DNA of 64,000 bases, from contig JAQGDQ010000503.1 of assembly GCA_030141605.1 (NCBI GenBank), positions 4,878 through 68,877 of the forward strand, given 5' to 3'. The translations under genes were made by a program, and so were the position numbers. Numbering within the stretch: the first letter of the stretch is position 1; every line of letters starts with the position of its first letter. The notes under the pieces were generated by a model. It was not told the DNA's origin. It searched no databases and worked only from the letters and a program-made list of their open reading frames with translations. The DNA comes from Tubiluchus corallicola (Eukaryota > Animalia > Priapulida). Of the stretch, positions 1-12,028 are shown piece by piece.

Positions 1-264
1 TCGCAAACCTTTCAATAAAACACGTTTTCTAGCATCAAATTTTCTCTGTACTGAAGAAACTGCTTTATTTTCTAGTGGAAACAGTTATTTTGTACTGAAA
101 GATGGAAATTCTTTCTTTTTCGTTTAGTATCATATTTCCAGTACCAAGCTTTCCTTGTCCTCGCACCGTAATCATTTTCTGAATGCTATTGTTATTGAAT
201 GTTGTACCAGAACAGCAAATTACTTCGTTACTTATCTTGCTATTATAAAATGGTTATAAAATAA

Positions 265-283
265 ACTTACCTACCTACCAACC

Positions 284-323
<40 letters not shown>

Positions 324-615
324 GACTGACTGACTGACTGACTGACTGACTGACTGACTGACTGACTGACTGACTGACTGACTGACTGAGTGTCTGACTG
401 ACTGACTGACTGACTGACTGACTGACTGACTGACTGACTGACTGAATGACTGACTGACTGATTGACTGACTGACTGACTGACTGACTGACTGACTGACTG
501 ACTGACTGACTAACAGACTGACTGACTGACTGACTGACCGACCGACCGACCGACCGACCGACCGACCTACCTACCTACCTACCTACCTACCTACCTACCT
601 ACCTACCTACCTACC

Positions 616-707
<92 letters not shown>

Positions 708-730
708 CACTCACTCACTCACTCACTTAC
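265..730. repeat. Compound tetranucleotide microsatellite (CTTA/CTGA/CCGA/CCTA/CTCA blocks)
   Basis: Directly visible consecutive blocks of 4-mers. Confidence 0.97.
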
Positions 731-754
731 ACTTTCACTTTCTGTTTAATTCAG

Positions 755-802
755 GTTCAATAAGGCGGCGGCGTCGAAGCGAAGTCAGTAAACTAAAGAC
801 AG
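755..802 (+). CDS. Ig-mucin membrane protein, internal 48-nt exon (xSIRRRRRSEVSKLKT); upstream exons lie outside the window
   Basis: Pyrimidine tract + ttcag acceptor, ag|gtaact donor; phase 1-1, in frame with the next exon. Confidence 0.65.
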
Positions 803-1049
803 GTAACTTTAACTGTTTAACATTTACATTTATTCATTATACTTTAAAGCATAAAGCGTTAAAATAAAATTAATTTAAAAAATCAGAAACACAGCTTTAG
901 CTCATACACTGAATTGTCTGCTGAATTCTAACGATTTGTTGCTAAATTCTGCTAACTTTTAGATGCTTTAATGAACAGTTTTGTTTGAAACCGTTCAGTA
1001 GTAAATTACATTTTGAAGAAGTTAAATTCGCCAAATATGGATAATTCTA

Positions 1050-1184
1050 TATTGATATTGATAATCATGTGGGTAATCATAGCCACATGATTGTGGCTAT
1101 CTATATATATATGTGACTATAATCATATATGTATGAAAATATATATATATGCTATGATTACTCACATGATTCTCAATATCAATA
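1050..1184. repeat. Short inverted repeat / foldback (34-bp arms)
   Basis: 1050-1083 tattgatattgataatcatgtgggtaatcatagc is a near-perfect reverse complement of 1151-1184. Confidence 0.8.
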
Positions 1185-1533
1185 ACTGACTGACTGACTG
1201 AATGACTGACTATATATATATATATATATACAAATATTGTAATGTATTTAACTTCATGAGGTTTCTTGTATATAATGTGCATATTATGTGACTTAACCTC
1301 CCTTCACTAACCTGCACCTCTAATCGCATTCTTCGCTATACACACCCTAATTTTACACTCTGCCTTGTAACTCTTTCTCACGTTCAATGTTGTGCATAAA
1401 CGATTTTCTTTCTGCACAAATTGAAGTATTTTATTGTAAACAATTAGTTTTTTGGCATTATTTGGCATTAGTCAATTTGTTTCGTACCATTGAAAGTAGA
1501 TTGCTTTTGTGAGAAATAGATCTATATAATAAC

Positions 1534-1837
1534 ATAGTTTTACTCGTCAAATGTAGACACAGGAAAGTTCAAATGTGACTTAGGTAAGCCAAATGTAGAC
1601 ACAGGAATTTCAAATGTGTTTTGGTAACTCAACTGTGACTTAGGTAAGTCAAATGTAGACATAGGACATTTGACTTGACACGTGTCTACATTTGACTTAC
1701 GAAAAACGCTTAAGATTTGTTGAAAACCATTGTTAACACATTTGAACTGCCTAAGTCTACATTTGAGTTACCAAAACACGTTTGAATTACCTAAATTTGA
1801 CTTAACGTAGGTCTACATTTGACGTGTAAAACCTATA
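1534..1837. mobile_element. Palindromic MITE, family copy 1
   Basis: Ends atagttttactcgtcaaatgtagac ... gtctacatttgacgtgtaaaacctat; internal aaatgtagac/gtctacattt subrepeats; recurs at 4632-4947 and about 5030-5251. Confidence 0.8.
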
Positions 1838-1881
1838 TAAAATCAATAAAAATAGATAAGTAAAAAACTTTGATACCTTAG

Positions 1882-2265
1882 TTACACTGGATCTGGAAGA
1901 GTATAGAATAGATGAGGACAATTATACAAGCGTGGTGCGTGATGGTGCTGACGTCAGAGTAACACGTGGATTCTGCTTAGCATCTGATATCGAATACGAA
2001 GACCTAAGATGGATTTGGGATGAAGGAAAAGTAACTTTAGATATTTTATCTGCTAATCCTTCCTATGACAATCGTTTCTGGGGTAGTGTAAGGCTTGAAC
2101 TAAGCACACCAAAACTGAAATGTTATGTGGCAACATTGGTGATCGAATCAGCCACATTGGCAGACTCTGGCAACTACACACTTGAAATGAGTACCTACCA
2201 TTATTTGCGTGACTTTACTATCAAGGTAGATGTTGGGAAACTCTTCACAACGACCCAGCCACCAG
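1882..2265 (+). CDS. Ig-mucin membrane protein, immunoglobulin-like domain exon
   Basis: ttag acceptor and ag|gtacgt donor; translation has an Ig-like LRWIW strand and ATLVIESATLADSGNYTL (DxGxY motif); the rest of ORF 1932-2570 is read-through into intron. Confidence 0.85.
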
Positions 2266-2375
2266 GTACGTTTGATTTGATACAATTCGAAACCCTTTTT
2301 CCACAGATCAAATTTTGGTATTGTTTGCTTCGTTTATTGATTAATTTCTTTGTTTGTTTGTTGTTTGTTTGTCTA

Positions 2376-2412
<37 letters not shown>

Positions 2413-3310
2413 ATATCTGTTTGTCTGTCTGTCTGTCCGTCCGTCCGTCCGTCCATCCGTCTGTCTGTGTTTTCTCATTTGTTTGCTTGTTTTTTGCTCG
2501 ACTAGTTTGTTTTTTATTAATGTGTGACCAAATAAGCATTGTGTTATCGATCATATCAAAAAGTAGGTAAAGAGTGAAACGTTTCTTGCGTGTGGCAAGA
2601 GCCAGCCACGCATCAACCAGCCTTGAACTTATTTTCCACAAGTTAGAAAGAGCTAGAAAAGGTTTATAAGTTATTTTAATTGTTCCAAAAATGTAGCGTG
2701 GATCGCGCAAATAGGCCTTAAAGAACAAGAAAAGGTGTCCATGAGGTTTCAGAAAAATCGTCTTAAAAATTTACATTACTTTCCAGCAAATTTATGCTTA
2801 TATCGTACTCGTGCTAAAAAGAATTTTTGATTGTTTTCGTTTTAAATCTCCTGCAACCAAACGCATTACATGACGTCACCTAAGCACAATGTAAATCATG
2901 GCAAGAAAAGACAATGTTAAACTGTCCCAAAAAGACTTTCCATGCAAAGTTATATTACTTAGCATTTCACTTACCTGCTTGAAAGACTTATGTAACTAGA
3001 AAAGAAAATTATTATTTTTTTAAAATATTTTCATCAATTGCTAAAGTGTCGCTGACTCACCCTCCAGGGTGCACCACCCACTAACAAAAAGGTATTTTTA
3101 ATCTTATTGACAAGATGCAGTAAATTAAAATTTTCCTGAGTTACTGAAGTATACGCAACGAATGCTCTCATTATTTTTTCAAACCTTACACAATGTTTTC
3201 TAAACTTGTTTCCAATGACCTTTCGTCAAAATAGGTTTAACGGTCATCGCGGGAGTTTTACTATACCTGTTTTATACAGCGTGACTGCCGATTGAGGTCC
3301 TGTATGCAAA

Positions 3311-4060
3311 AATACAGTATGTATGTGGCATAAAATTTCAAAGACAGTATGTAAGTGGCATAAAATTTCAAAGACAGTATGTAAGTGGTATAAAATTTCA
3401 AAGACAGTATGTAAGTGGCATAAAATTCAAAGACAGTATGTAAGTGGTATAAAATTTCAAAGACAGTACGCAAGTGGTATAAAATTTCAAAGACAGTATG
3501 TAAGTGGCATAAATTTCAAAGACAATATGTAAGTGGTATAAAATTCAAAGACAGTATGTAAGTGGTATAAAATTTCAAAGACAGTATGTAAGTGGTATAA
3601 AATTTCAAAGACAGTATGTAAGTGGTATAAAATTTCAAAGACAGTATGTAAGTGGTATAAAATTTCAAAGACAGTATGTAAGTGGTATAAAATTTCAAAG
3701 ACAATATGTAAGTGGTATAAAATTTCAAGGACAGTATGTAAGTGGTATAAAATTCAAAGACAGTATGTAAGTGGTATAAAATTTCAAAGACAGTATGTAA
3801 GTGGTATAAAATTTCAAAGACAGTATGTAAGTGGTATAAAATTTCAAAGACAATATGTAAGTGGTATAAAATTTCAAAGACAATATGTAAGTGGTATAAA
3901 ATTTCAAAGACAATATGTAAGTGGTATAAAATTTCAAGGACAGTATGTAAGTGGTATAAAATTTCAAGGACAGTATGTAAGTGGTATAAAATTTCAAAGA
4001 CAGTATGTAAGTGGCATAAAATTTCAAGACAGTATGTAAGTGGCATAAAATTTCAAGACA
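3311..4060. repeat. 30-bp minisatellite (aaatttcaaagacagtatgtaagtggtata), about 25 copies, intronic
   Basis: Directly visible head-to-tail array. Confidence 0.97.
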
Positions 4061-4194
4061 ATTTTTTAAGCTTGATATAAGTGGAGGGTTTCCTTGAGCT
4101 TTAACACATAAACATCAAGTCACCTTATCGTCTCGTTGCAGCCATTTAAGATTATGTAGACATGTAGATCTAGAGTCAAACGTTTTTTTTACAG

Positions 4195-4341
4195 TCACAA
4201 CTACAACTACAACAACAACCACCACCACAACAACAACAACTACTACTACTACTACTACAACGACCAGGCCTACGACGACTACTCCAACCACTACACCACC
4301 ATCGACAACGACAACCTCGGATGATCTAGAAGAGGTGAAAG
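4195..4341 (+). CDS. Ig-mucin membrane protein, Thr-rich stalk exon
   Basis: tttttttacag acceptor and g|gtaagt donor; 147 nt, phase 1-1; ACN codon run encoding poly-Thr then RPTTTTPTTTPPSTTTTSDDLEEVK. Confidence 0.85.
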
Positions 4342-4631
4342 GTAAGTAAAAATAAAAAGTTCATTCACCAGAATCAAAATTTTGTAATTTGTGTTTCCAG
4401 GTTACACTAGTCTGGATCTAGTGATCTATTATGTAACAATCTGTAGCCCATTTTGTAGCAAACACGTCAAAATTTACACCATGGAAGAAAAAAATCGACA
4501 ATCGATAAAGAATCATAATTACATTTCTTCTGAATACAAAATATTGACGTTTTACATCAAGGGCAGCAAAATGTTTAGCAGTTCATTAGAATGACACCTC
4601 GCATCAGTAAATATTGGATCTCCTAAATGTG

Positions 4632-5251
4632 TAGGTTTTACACGTCGGACACTATAGGTAGACACAGGAAAGTTCAAATGTGACTTATGTAAGTAAAATG
4701 TAGACATAGGAATTTCGAATGTGTTTTGGTAACTCAAATGTGACTTAGGTAAGTCAAATGTAGACATAGGACATTTGACTTGACATGCGTCTACATTTGA
4801 TTTAAAAAAACCATTTAAGATTTCTTGAAAACCATTGTTAACACATTTGAACTACCTAAATCTACATTTGAGTTACCAAGACACATTTGAATTACCTAAA
4901 TCTACATTTGAGCTAACGCGGTCTACATTTGACATGTAAAACCTATATTAGTAGCCCTATAAAGTTATTATTTAAGCACCAATGATTAAATTAAGATTAA
5001 AGGAGATTAAATTTTACTTCCTTAAGCTTTACCACCTATCCACATTTGAGATACCAATGTCACATTTGGCTTGAAATGTGTCTACATTTGACTTTACAAA
5101 AACGCTTAAGATTTCTTGAAAACCATTGTTAATACACTTGGTTCCTGGTACCTGAACTACCTAAGTCTACATTTGAGTTACCAAGACACATTTGAATTAC
5201 CTAAATGTACATTTGAGTTAACGCAGGTCTACATTTGACATGTAAAACCTA
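4632..5251. mobile_element. Palindromic MITE copies 2 (4632-4947) and 3 (partial, about 5030-5251)
   Basis: Same terminal and internal sequence as 1534-1837. Confidence 0.8.
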
Positions 5252-5725
5252 TTTCAACGCATCATCTGCTCATGCACAATGTGGAGAACAATTATGACCT
5301 TCAAATTTAATTCATTATTGTTCGAAACTATTTACTTTCAAATGTTGAAAACTGATTTATTCGGTCAATTTTATCATCTAAATTGAAATTGCTTATGGCC
5401 TTGAGTGATACTTTCTTCACATGAAAACCTCATTATGAGTATTTTTACTGTGATTATCCTCATGATTATCAATACCAAAAATAGAATTATCCATATTTTG
5501 GCGAATATATCTTTTTCAAAATGAAATTTGCTGCCGAACAAACAAACAAAACTGTTCGTTATCAAAGCATCTAAAAATTACAAAAAATTAGAACATATTG
5601 GTACAATTCAGTGAATCATACCCCACTCTTGCATCGTCAAGCATTTAATCTTGAATTATTAATTGAATAATTTAAGCACTAATTTAGTCAAAAACACTTT
5701 TCACATAGCATTCCTTTACTTGTAG

Positions 5726-5839
5726 CGCCTGAATTTAACACAAGATCTGCCCTAAAATGGATTATAATAATAGGCTGCCTTCTGGCTTTTCTACTGATTG
5801 CTCTAATCATATGGGCTGTACTTAGTGGAAAGAAAAAGA
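5726..5839 (+). CDS. Ig-mucin membrane protein, transmembrane exon
   Basis: ttgtag acceptor and a|gtaagt donor; 114 nt, phase 1-1; KWIIIIGCLLAFLLIALIIWAVLSGKKK (hydrophobic span then basic stop-transfer). Confidence 0.88.
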
Positions 5840-6292
5840 GTAAGTAGCTTGGTCATTTCTGATTATTAGTTTATCGCATACATTGCTTATCTTATTTCAC
5901 TATGTATTTCAATACTTTTACATTGTTAGCTCTTAACTGTAAATGATTTGTCATGAGGTTTGTTTTACTGTACCTAATAATTTAGATTTTTTTATTTAAA
6001 TTACTGCCATCAAACCACTTTGTAGGTTGCCAGTTGCTTGTAAAAGGATGTTTTTGATTGAGTTATCGTTTGTTCCAAACATAATTGTTCATACTTGTAT
6101 TAACAAATACAACGCAATAAATAGCAAACACATAAACTTGCAAAGCTACACACCTGTACAATATTTACACTTTGGACGTGACGAACAGGCTTAATTTTGT
6201 TTTGGTTAAAAAGTTGCGTTATACTTGCTGTTAGATACTAATTGTCCTAGCACTTAACTAAATTCTAAATTGCAATCCTCGTTGTTTTGTTT

Positions 6293-6310
6293 AAATAATA
6301 ATAATAATAA

Positions 6311-6362
<52 letters not shown>
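6293..6362. repeat. (AAT)n microsatellite
   Basis: Visible. Confidence 0.97.
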
Positions 6363-6703
6363 TTAGGGTTTAACTGCAGAAGGATTTTTTTGTTTATTTG
6401 TTCAATGTTTTTTTTGCGCATTTTTCTCTCAATAATTGCAATGTATTTCGGGTCGTCGAAGATTTTTAACTAGCAAAGACATCGACACCTCGAAATACTA
6501 CTGAACTGGTTAATTAAGCACAAGACAGGCTTGATTAACAGACAAATTCAATATTTTGGTTACCTGACGACAGCCAGTCATAAGAGTACATACAGGAATA
6601 TTTTAATCGAGGCTAAGCCTTGTGTAGCCGTTCTGCTTGTTAAAGACCAACATACTTATTATAGAACTATTCCACTAATTCAGTTTTCAAATTCTTTTCG
6701 CAG

Positions 6704-6765
6704 GAAGACGCAGTACAAGACCCTCGGAAGGCAGTGACTCATCGTCGGGTACAGACTCTCTATGA
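6704..6765 (+). CDS. Ig-mucin membrane protein, terminal cytoplasmic exon (RRRSTRPSEGSDSSSGTDSL*)
   Basis: ttcttttcgcag acceptor; phase 1 continuation to TGA at 6763-6765. Confidence 0.75.
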
Positions 6766-6838
6766 CGTAACTATATTATACCTACGTGTGTTACAAAAAG
6801 TGTAAAGTTTTTACTAGTCACTTGGGTCGATGTAACTA

Positions 6839-9163
6839 CACTCATATCTCGGTTTGCCGGACCTCGCTTTTACGGATATCGGATAATTCCTACAAAATTC
6901 GCTCCTAGGAAAGTCTGGCATACTACGGACAAAGTCCGTTATTTCGCGAGGTGGCCGCTAGTTAGCGGGCCATCACTTTGTTTACATCCAAACAACAAGT
7001 ATCGACACGTGTGTAGCTCAGCACGTTTCAGCATGTTTAGTGGTTTAATCAGTGTGTACAGAGTTATTTGAGTCAATTGCTGACAGTTTTATCACTTCCT
7101 TATTTTGTGATCGTATAGTATTCAAGTGATTTGTATAATAATTTAATCGATTCGCTTCCTATATAATTAATCGCTACAAGGTGATTTATCACCCGGCTCC
7201 TAGGGCTTTAGATGAGTCTATCGGGCGATAATATGGTCCTTCAAGACTGACACTTCGACCTCGCGTTGTGAGTAAGGTCTTTGACCCTAAAGCTATCTAG
7301 CCTAGCTCCCGCAATTGAACTTCATATGATTAATTAATAATTAATGCAATGCGAATCTACAGGATCGTATGTCAGATTTAGTGTTGCTTAACTTCATACA
7401 CTTTAAAGCATACATAAACTCATACGTTACGTCAAAGTGAATCAGCTTTATTTGTTTACAAATTTACTTCTACCTAGGTGGCTACACAAGATTTGTCCTT
7501 ACATGCTTGTAGGCGTTCACAACTAATGTATAGCTCCAAAAAGATACTCAAGCAATTCACTTAACAATTATTCAGTATGCTGCACTTAAGGTGCTTAATA
7601 CAATGTGAACTACAGTTATGCAGAGTTACTCTCAGTTACAAATGCGTTAAGATTACTTAACTCGGTGGAATGACCACAATGCAACTCTCGTACACTTGGT
7701 CAACTCCAATGATATTGTGAGACTATTCGTCGATCCAGTGCCCAGTCGATCTGCTGAGGACGTAGAACTGTTCCACACTGGTGTCAAACGATGTCTCCTG
7801 CTCCCTGTCAGATTCCCTGTGTCGCCTCTCTCTGGCTCCTGACTCTCTCATGTCCGCTCACTGACTCACGCCCGACTAACTGACTCCTCGTGTTCCCAAC
7901 TCCGAGCTTATATCTTGAAGATCTTGGCCTTGCGTAATGCGTGCCCAAACGCAATCAGGTGAAAGGTGACATCCCTGGCTTAACCCTGGTATCCCCTGCC
8001 AAGAAGTTTACGATCAACCAGGTGGCTTAAGAATTCCTCCGCTGCGTGGGAAACGTCCTACACTCCAGGTCTGTCTTCAGAATTTCTTCTCCTGATGTCT
8101 TTGCACAAGCTTGGCGTCGGCCATAAAACTTCTCTTCCAAAGAAATTTGCCTATTGCGACTTTCTTGTTAATTATGTGCAACTCTGCATAATGTTATAAA
8201 GAACGATTACATTCTTTTGCGTAAGGCTATAAAGAGCGATTACCTACGCTGCATAAGGCTATAAAGCAAGATTGCGTCCTCACTTAATAGACACCTGTTT
8301 ACCTTCAGTAAACGATAAAAAAACACAACTGCGGAATAATTTGCATCGCATTAAATCCCGTGCCTTACCAGCTGGGTGAGTTCCTATTATCAATCAATAA
8401 ATTTATCTTATCAAATCAGGGAGGTATTCGATTTATCAACTGAATCTAATTCAGTTGATAATTCCATTAATTTATCACCAAATTACCGATTCATAAATTT
8501 ATTCACGACAGTTTTCATATACTTTTGCATAGGAGCGGCCCGTACTAGATGTATTTGAGACAATAGTAATATAGTTCGGTTAATGTTTGTTTATTTTGTG
8601 GTTAAAGCTGCTCGCTGATTATTGTTGTTTATAGCGTGGCGTGTGAGTAGCCAGGACGGGCAAGGCAAACTATCAAGACTTGAGTTAAGGAGCAACACAT
8701 TTATTATATTGTGGCAAACACAACACAGTAAATACCATAGGATAGTAATGCCAGCCCTTCGTCTACAAAGTCAATTCCTCATCTCCCCCGAGGGAGGAAA
8801 CACTTTTGACTAACTCTCTAATGCGCCGTGAGCTTCTGCGCATAAGGAAGGGTTTCATCAGCATGAGTCAGTCAGCCGGTTGAAGTTCGGCTGGTCACGT
8901 GATGCCACACCTAACTAGGCTTCTTGTCAAGCATTTAATCTTGAGTTGCTAAGTTAAATAATATAATCGCCAATTTCATCAAAATCATTATTTAACACAG
9001 CTTCCCTTTACTATAATTACAAACGATTGATTCTACATTACCATGAGTCTAATACGGCGCCTAGGCAGCTACTATAATTAGCATTAATATCGGAAAATAC
9101 GGGCAATCGTTAAACACGGACCAACGTCTCTGCGCTTTTGTCCGGCAAACCGAGATATGGGAT
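6839..9163. mobile_element. Non-autonomous TIR DNA transposon expanded by nested insertions
   Basis: TIRs cactcatatctcggtttgccggac (6839) and tccggcaaaccgagatatgg (9141-9160); both ends match the compact copy at 46311-46736 in opposite orientation. Confidence 0.75.
8623..8909 (-). mobile_element. Possible solo LTR
   Basis: Minus strand begins TGTGG, ends AACA and contains AATAAA; more GC-rich than its flanks; no TSD found. Confidence 0.35.
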
Positions 9164-9299
9164 TTAATTATTTAAATAAGAGAACATGTCACTCAGTATA
9201 TTGGGTATATTTTTTTTACTATTATCACTTAAACATAGAACAATATAACAAAGAAATTTGCTAGAAACTGCCTATAAAGCACAAATTTAAAATATACTA

Positions 9300-9728
9300 C
9301 TTCTGACCAGAAATTTTTAGGCATGATGGTTGCCGCCATTCATTTGAAAATCGTGACGTAACTGTGAGACATCGTGACTTTTCGTAAGCCCGTGTTGCTT
9401 AAACTAATTCAAACTTACTTGTGCAGCTTACCTAAAGTTGATGCAAAAATATTACAAAATCAATCATCTGTTTTTTGTAAAAACTTATTTTACTCTTTGA
9501 TGAAGATTGGCGTTGCGCCACTTTTCTTCAAGACGAACGACATCATTGAAAGAAGGGTGGACGGCTGCGCGTTTCAAAATGGGAGCGTCCGATATGGAAA
9601 TGAACATGATTTTAAAGTGATTTTACTAGCTACACGAGACACTTATTGCACTTTTATTGCTAAATTCTTTCTAACATTTTTTGCAAACACAGAAATAAGC
9701 TGAACTTCCTAGAAGGTTTGGCCTTTGA
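9300..9728 (-). mobile_element. Dispersed repeat (Kolobok-like end, TTAA|AGG), also at 56701-56925 and 60467-60875
   Basis: Reverse complement matches aaagg..aaaccttctagga...gtttgcaaaaaatgttagaaaga..tttagtaataaaa of the other copies. Confidence 0.65.
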
Positions 9729-9911
9729 TGCATGATGTTGCCTCCCCCCTGACAATCTAACATAGAGCTTCTAGTTTTTTACTGTATTAACTGCTGTTTA
9801 AAGAATTTGTTTTGAGAACCGAATTCTTTATGTTTAAAGTCTGCCTGCCCTTCACTTGTAATGCGCGTAATTGCATAACTGAAATGACGGTGTGAAATTT
9901 AGTCTCATAGT

Positions 9912-9915
9912 CATA

Positions 9916-9963
<48 letters not shown>

Positions 9964-9999
9964 GTTATTTTTATTATTATGATTATGATTATTATTATG

Positions 10000-10043
<44 letters not shown>

Positions 10044-10082
10044 TATTATTACCATTATTATTATTATTGTTGTTGATTATAA
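9912..10082. repeat. (ATT)n microsatellite
   Basis: Visible. Confidence 0.97.
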
Positions 10083-10283
10083 TTACGTTGGCTAAATTTG
10101 GCACTGGGTATGTTAGTATAACATAGGTGTTTCTATTGTTGATTGATGTCTGTTGTACGAACATTAGAAGAACATTAGAAGAACGCTCGTATTGTGATGC
10201 TATAATCCCAGCTGCAGCCTAATGTCACTTTTTCCTTTGCACGGTACAGCTGTACACACTAATGATGATGACGTTTTTTGCAG

Positions 10284-10380
10284 AACATGGTCTAAGATAC
10301 TATCCAACACTAAGAAGACCCTCCAATAACGGTCCCGTAAATATTTCATTGGCGTTCAAGTAATACAGATTGCTGAAGTA
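10284..10380 (+). pseudogene. Frameshifted orphan exon resembling the Cys-loop (nAChR-like) receptor N-terminal exon
   Basis: Restoring 1 nt gives ..RRPSNNGPVNISFGVQVIQIAEV followed by a gtacgg donor, resembling the nAChR RPV..V.FG....QI.DV| exon end; no other exons seen. Confidence 0.4.
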
Positions 10381-10688
10381 GTACGGTCTCCATAAATATT
10401 CAAAAATGTTGTTCATTTTGAATTTTGATTGCTTGTTCAATATTTAGTAACAATAAATGTCTCTATTGTGTTTTGTGCCTCATGCCTTTTATCTTCAAAA
10501 CTGTAATTATGAATGATGGTATGTAGTAGTAGCTTAGCTCACTTACAAAAACATTAGTACATGCAGAATAAAGCTCGATCAAGTGATCTGGAAGATCTCA
10601 GAATGCATTATACATATTATGAGGACACAATGGAATAATTGTGATGGCAATGTGAATTTGACGATCATTTTCATTGGTTTGAAAATAA

Positions 10689-10936
10689 GATAGTGCTCTT
10701 CTGAGACTTGTGATGGTCAGATAGTGCTCTTCTGAGACTTGTGATGGTCAGATAGTGCTCTTCTGAGACTTGTGATGGTCAGATAGTGCTCTTCTGAGAC
10801 TTGTGATGGTCAGATAGTGCTCTTCTGAGACTTGTGATGGTCAGATAGTGCTCTACTGAGACTTGTGATGGTCAGATAGTGCTCTTCTGAGACTTGTGAT
10901 GGTCAGATAGTGCTCTTCTGAGACTTGTGATGGTCA
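10689..10936. repeat. 31-bp tandem repeat x8 (gatagtgctcttctgagacttgtgatggtca)
   Basis: Head-to-tail copies with no spacers. Confidence 0.97.
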
Positions 10937-11342
10937 TAATCATAAAAGCATCGCATGAGCATTTTGATTTCTTCTTGTACGATTATACACATTGTCATTA
11001 ATTATTAATTACTGTCACTATGTCCGTTAAATTTGGCACTGCGTTTTGTAGTATGACATAGATGTTTCTTTTGCTGATTGATGTCAGGTGTACGAATGAT
11101 ATAAGAACAATTTCCACGTGTGTTATGATTTCATATTTCAGTTGCAGCCTCATGGTTCTTATCGGTAAAACCGTCATTATGAACCAATGAAATAGCGTCT
11201 TTGTTAACTTGTTCACTAGCAAAAATATTAGTACATATTATGATGACTAATGAGAGATAAAAATAGAAAAAATAAAGATAGAAAAAAAGCTGATTACAAA
11301 AGCCAATTAATGAGAGAGAAAAGTTTGATTTATAACATCCAT

Positions 11343-12028
11343 AATGCAATATAAATACTACATGTGTTGCTAATCCTGACTCTGTAATTACTACTAGTAC
11401 TATTTAATGAGAGATCATACTTCCGAAACAACTAAATGTGTAAGGTCAAAATATGCAATATAAATACTACATGTACGTGTGTTGCTAATCCTCACTCTGT
11501 AATTACTACTAGTACTATTTAATGAGAGATCATACTTCCGAAACAACTAAATGTGTAAGGTCCAAATATGCAATATAAATACTACATGTACGTGTGTTGC
11601 TAATCCTGACTCTGTAATTACTACTAGTACTATTTAATGAGAGATCATACTTCCGAAACAACTAAATGTGTAAGGTCAAAATATGCAATATAAATACTAC
11701 ATGTACGTGTGTTGCTAATCCTCACTCTGTAATTACTACTAGTACTATTTAATGAGAGATCATACTTCCGAAACAACTAAATGTGTAAGGTCAAAATATG
11801 CAATATAAATACTACATGTACGTGTGTTGCTAATCCTCACTCTGTAATTACTACTAATACTATTTAATGTGAGATCATACTTCCGAAACAACTAAATGTG
11901 TAAGGTCAAAATATGCAATATAAATACTACATCTACGTGTATTGCTAATCCTGACTCTGTAATTACTACTAGTACTATTTAATGAGAGATCATACTTCCG
12001 AAACAACTAAATTTGGAAGGTCAAAATA
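11343..12028. repeat. About 115-bp tandem repeat x6
   Basis: Unit atatgcaatataaatactac...gtgtaaggtcaaa recurs at 11451, 11566 and onward. Confidence 0.95.

Noticed and set aside
2201-2728. 175-aa minus-strand ORF and the hydrophobic C-terminus of ORF 1932-2570
   Set aside because: Derived from a (TCTG/TTTG)n tract beyond the donor at 2266
3261-4046. ORFs of 69-176 aa with repeating LKFYTTYILS / EILYHLHTVF
   Set aside because: Translations of an intronic 30-bp minisatellite
9787-10164. Poly-Asn / poly-Ile ORFs
   Set aside because: (ATT)n microsatellite
10689-10936. CRISPR-like 31-bp repeats (also the 28-30-bp arrays)
   Set aside because: Head-to-tail with no unique spacers, no cas genes, eukaryotic context
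11131-11217. Possible minus-strand terminal exon ending ATEI* (PDZ-like)
   Set aside because: The region is better explained as a deleted duplicate of 10080-10562; the frame is not conserved in the other copy
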